Origin: Rebecca billardiae RCC1528
Lineage: Eukaryota > Protista > Haptophyta
NCBI GenBank assembly: GCA_965240325.2
Contig: OZ251224.1
Location: forward strand, 2,294,001 to 2,358,000
Direction of reading: 5' to 3'
DNA: 64,000 nucleotides
Of this stretch, positions 61,427 to 64,000 are shown one piece after another. Under the pieces are notes generated by a model. The model had not been told where the DNA came from and searched no databases. It saw only the letters and a list, made by a program, of their open reading frames with translations. The first letter of the stretch is position 1, and each line of letters opens with the position of its first letter. A program made the translations under genes and the position numbers.

Positions 61427-61685
61427 CGACAGCGGCAGAGAGCCGCATCTGGTGGGGGTACTGTGCCAGCAAGCACACTCACTATGGCTCGATCCGGCCA
61501 ACAGGCAACACTGGGCAGTGCACGTGCAGGCGTGCACTCCAAACGGCTGGCCGAGCGCAGCTGGCAAGCGGCGAGAAGAAGAGGAGTGGGCACGCCACTG
61601 AGGTGCAGAGGCGTCTCCGACACACGGATGCATCTCGCACGAGACCATCTACGCCACCCCGCCGCCTCGCTGTCGGGACGCCCTA
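61427..61685. repeat. Intact right arm of a ~260-bp inverted repeat whose left arm (55687-55886 + 61168-61221) is split by the 55900-61165 element
   Basis: The reverse complement reads ...GGCCGGATCGAGCCATAGTGAGTGTGCTTGC..., matching the left flank (GGCCGGATCGA) and right flank (ATAGTGAGTGTGCTTGC) of the element. Confidence 0.8.
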
Positions 61686-61972
61686 CCGTGCACGTATACG
61701 CGCGAGGCACGCACGTGCGGCAGCCAATAGCCATCGAGCCTGCGTCGGGCCCGGCCGCGGGGACCCATTCGGACCCCCCCCCCCCCCCCCCCCGACGACG
61801 ACGCTGCAGGCGCAGTGTCAATTCCACCTTATTGCCACCGCCTTCTAAACGGCCGGCGGGGCCGCCGCACCAAGGAGTCTTTAGGTTATTTGTAAGACCC
61901 CTTGGTCGCACACCTCGCACAGCGAGGGGTGCTCGACCGTTACAGGACGGGAGATTAGATGCACCTGCCTTA

Positions 61973-62960
61973 TTGACCAAGCGGAAGGGCGCGAGAGGGG
62001 GTCGCTCGCTAAGCCCCACCCGCCCCGGCCAGCATGGCTGCCTGGCCGGCGGCGGCGTGCTCAAGCGAGCGTAGGCCGGGAATCCACGCGCTGGCGGTGC
62101 GGTTTTGGCGGCGCAAGGCCTCGCAGGTCGCCTGCAGGTATGCTCAGAGCCTTAGGACAGCTTGGTGGCCCGCAACCCCAGGCTCCTTGTCGCTGCTTGC
62201 CGACTGCTGAGACTGCAAGCGATCACGTGTCGACCGTGCAATCCCGCGTGCACGCGGCCCAACGTAGGGTGCTGCACATGCTAGCAGATGGTGAAGGGGG
62301 GTCGCCCGCTACGCAGACGTCCTCGGAGAGGACGTCGACCCCCGTGCGTCGTCTCGATCCCGACCTCTCCAGCCCAGGCTTGCGTGCTTCCTAATGCAAT
62401 GACATACGAACAACCATAGGCATTTCAAAATGTTATCTCGACTTTTGGGCTAGAACTTCACATTGTCCGTGTCTCTCTGGGCAGCAGGCCTTCAGCGACT
62501 CCTTGCGGGACAACGCCCAATCAAGGCGACGCACGGGGGTCGACGTCCTCTCCGAGGACGTCTGCGTGGCGGGCGACCCCCCTTCACCATCTGCTGGCAT
62601 GTGCAGCACCCTACGTTGGGCCGCGTGCAACGCGGGACCGCACGGTCGACGCGTGATCGCTTGCAGTCGGCAAGCAGCGACAAGGAGCCGGGGTTGCGGG
62701 CCACCAAGCTGTCCTAAGGCTCTGAGCATACCTGCAGATGACCTGTGAGGCCCCCTGCGCCGCCAAAACCGCACCGCCAGCGCGTGGATTCCCGGCCTAC
62801 GCTCGCTTGAACACGCCGCCGCCGGCCAGGCAGCCATGCTGGCCGGAGCGGGTGGGGCTTAGCGAGCGCCTTGGCGGCCGGAGGAGGCCAGGAGTCCGGG
62901 AGCCAAGGCGGCTGGGTGCGTACCAGCCAGGCGAGCGCCCCCTCTCGCGCCCTTGGTCAA
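61973..62960. repeat. Long inverted repeat (~385-bp arms, ~160-bp spacer)
   Basis: 61973-62358 is the reverse complement of 62520-62960 with scattered substitutions and a ~60-bp extra segment in the right arm. Confidence 0.9.
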
Positions 62961-63728
62961 TTGCCGAAAGCCCGACGAGTACAGGGGGGTCCAGATGGTG
63001 GGCCCCACTTTGGCGGTGGCTGGCCAGGTAGTGCGGCACGTCCGTGCCTCTGGACGGGCATTGAGCGGTGGCGAGGTCGCCAAATGGCGTGGCGTGGTCC
63101 CAGACAAGGTTGTTACTAGTCCTGATCAGCTTGCTAGCCATGCCGGTCGTTGATCACCCTGCCGTTGACAGGCGCGCACACGCTAAACGTATTCGCACGG
63201 CAGCCGTGTCGGACGGCGGTCGCACGACTACCGCGCAGCCAACCTTGCTGGTCCGATCCACGGCTTGTAGGGTCAGATGGACCATTGCCAGGCATGCACC
63301 GTCGCAATGCATGCTCCAGAGGGCAGTATGACCGTCAGAACGGTGATCCTGGCCGCTACCTGCCCATCCTTCTCATGCGCAACCTCACCGGCGCGCCGGT
63401 CGTACGGGGTCGTGGACGTGGACGTGAGAGTGGTCGAAAAGTCGGAAGGGAAGCTGTCACTCACGCACACGCGCTCGTACGGCGACGCCGACCTGCCTAC
63501 GCCACGCCCCAGTGACCGGGCCGTGGCGCTGGGGCCTTAGATCGCGTTGGGACGGGCATTCACGCCCGCCATGGCTTCCCTTCCGAAGTGGGAAACTTCA
63601 TCTGGCCCCCCCTGTAATAACCACGTCCGCGGCGAGCGTCGGGCTGGGGGGCGTACGCAAGGGCGTACGCACGACCCCCTTGGGGGCGAACGACACAGGG
63701 CCACAGGTCCGTCCGTAGGTCGAGCACG

Positions 63729-64000
63729 ATGCGGCTCGTCTCCGTTCGCGCCGTGGTGTGCGCGTGCCTTCTCGCCGCGCTCGAGGTGCCCGCCAAGACG
63801 GTGAGCGACGAGCTCGCCTCCCACATGAAGAGCGTCGGCTCAACCGACTTCACGTCATGGTGTGCGCGCACCGCTCGAGCGCGTGTTGTTCGGGGCAGCT
63901 GACGCGCCGAGCGCGCGATGCGTTCGCAGCAAGCGGGGTCGGTGTGTATCTCCACTCCCTCGCATCGCTGCTCCCGCCCGCAGCTGCTCCAGGCACCGCG
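63729..64000 (+). CDS. Second copy of the LRR receptor-like gene (exon 1 and part of intron 1; truncated by the window end)
   Basis: 63683-64000 is near-identical to 52493-52810, offset 11190 bp; MRLVSVRAVVCACLLAALEVPAK. Confidence 0.75.

Overview
GC-rich eukaryotic nuclear DNA with short GC-rich GT..AG introns (typical GTGCGC...CGCAG). Flagellar genes (CFAP36, RSP4/6) and a YbeY with a signal-plus-transit-like N-terminus suggest a flagellate alga with a secondary plastid. A haptophyte such as a Pavlovales/Diacronema-like organism is my inference, not a demonstration. About 17 intact genes are recognisable: alpha/beta hydrolase, a secreted Cys-rich protein, NAXD, GH2 beta-galactosidase, SDR, CFAP36, R2R3-MYB, POLA2, SMIM13-like, DUF1810, dienelactone hydrolase, YbeY, RSP4/6, and a set of receptor/defence-like genes. 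The latter are a nucleoside hydrolase-6TM-TIR fusion, two intronless Sel1-repeat-MYND paralogues with hypervariable repeat positions, a RING-TRAF-MYND-TM protein, and an LRR receptor-like gene whose duplicate starts at the window end. The non-coding DNA is highly structured. It holds three copies of a non-autonomous element with asymmetric inverted repeats and a 3' hairpin (Helentron/Helitron2-like) carrying different cargo. It also holds a 5.27-kb non-coding element with split direct repeats (TOC1/PAT-type layout) and two internal satellite arrays; its empty site can be reconstructed from a neighbouring inverted repeat. No rRNA, tRNA, CRISPR array or intact transposase was found. Exon boundaries were read by eye.
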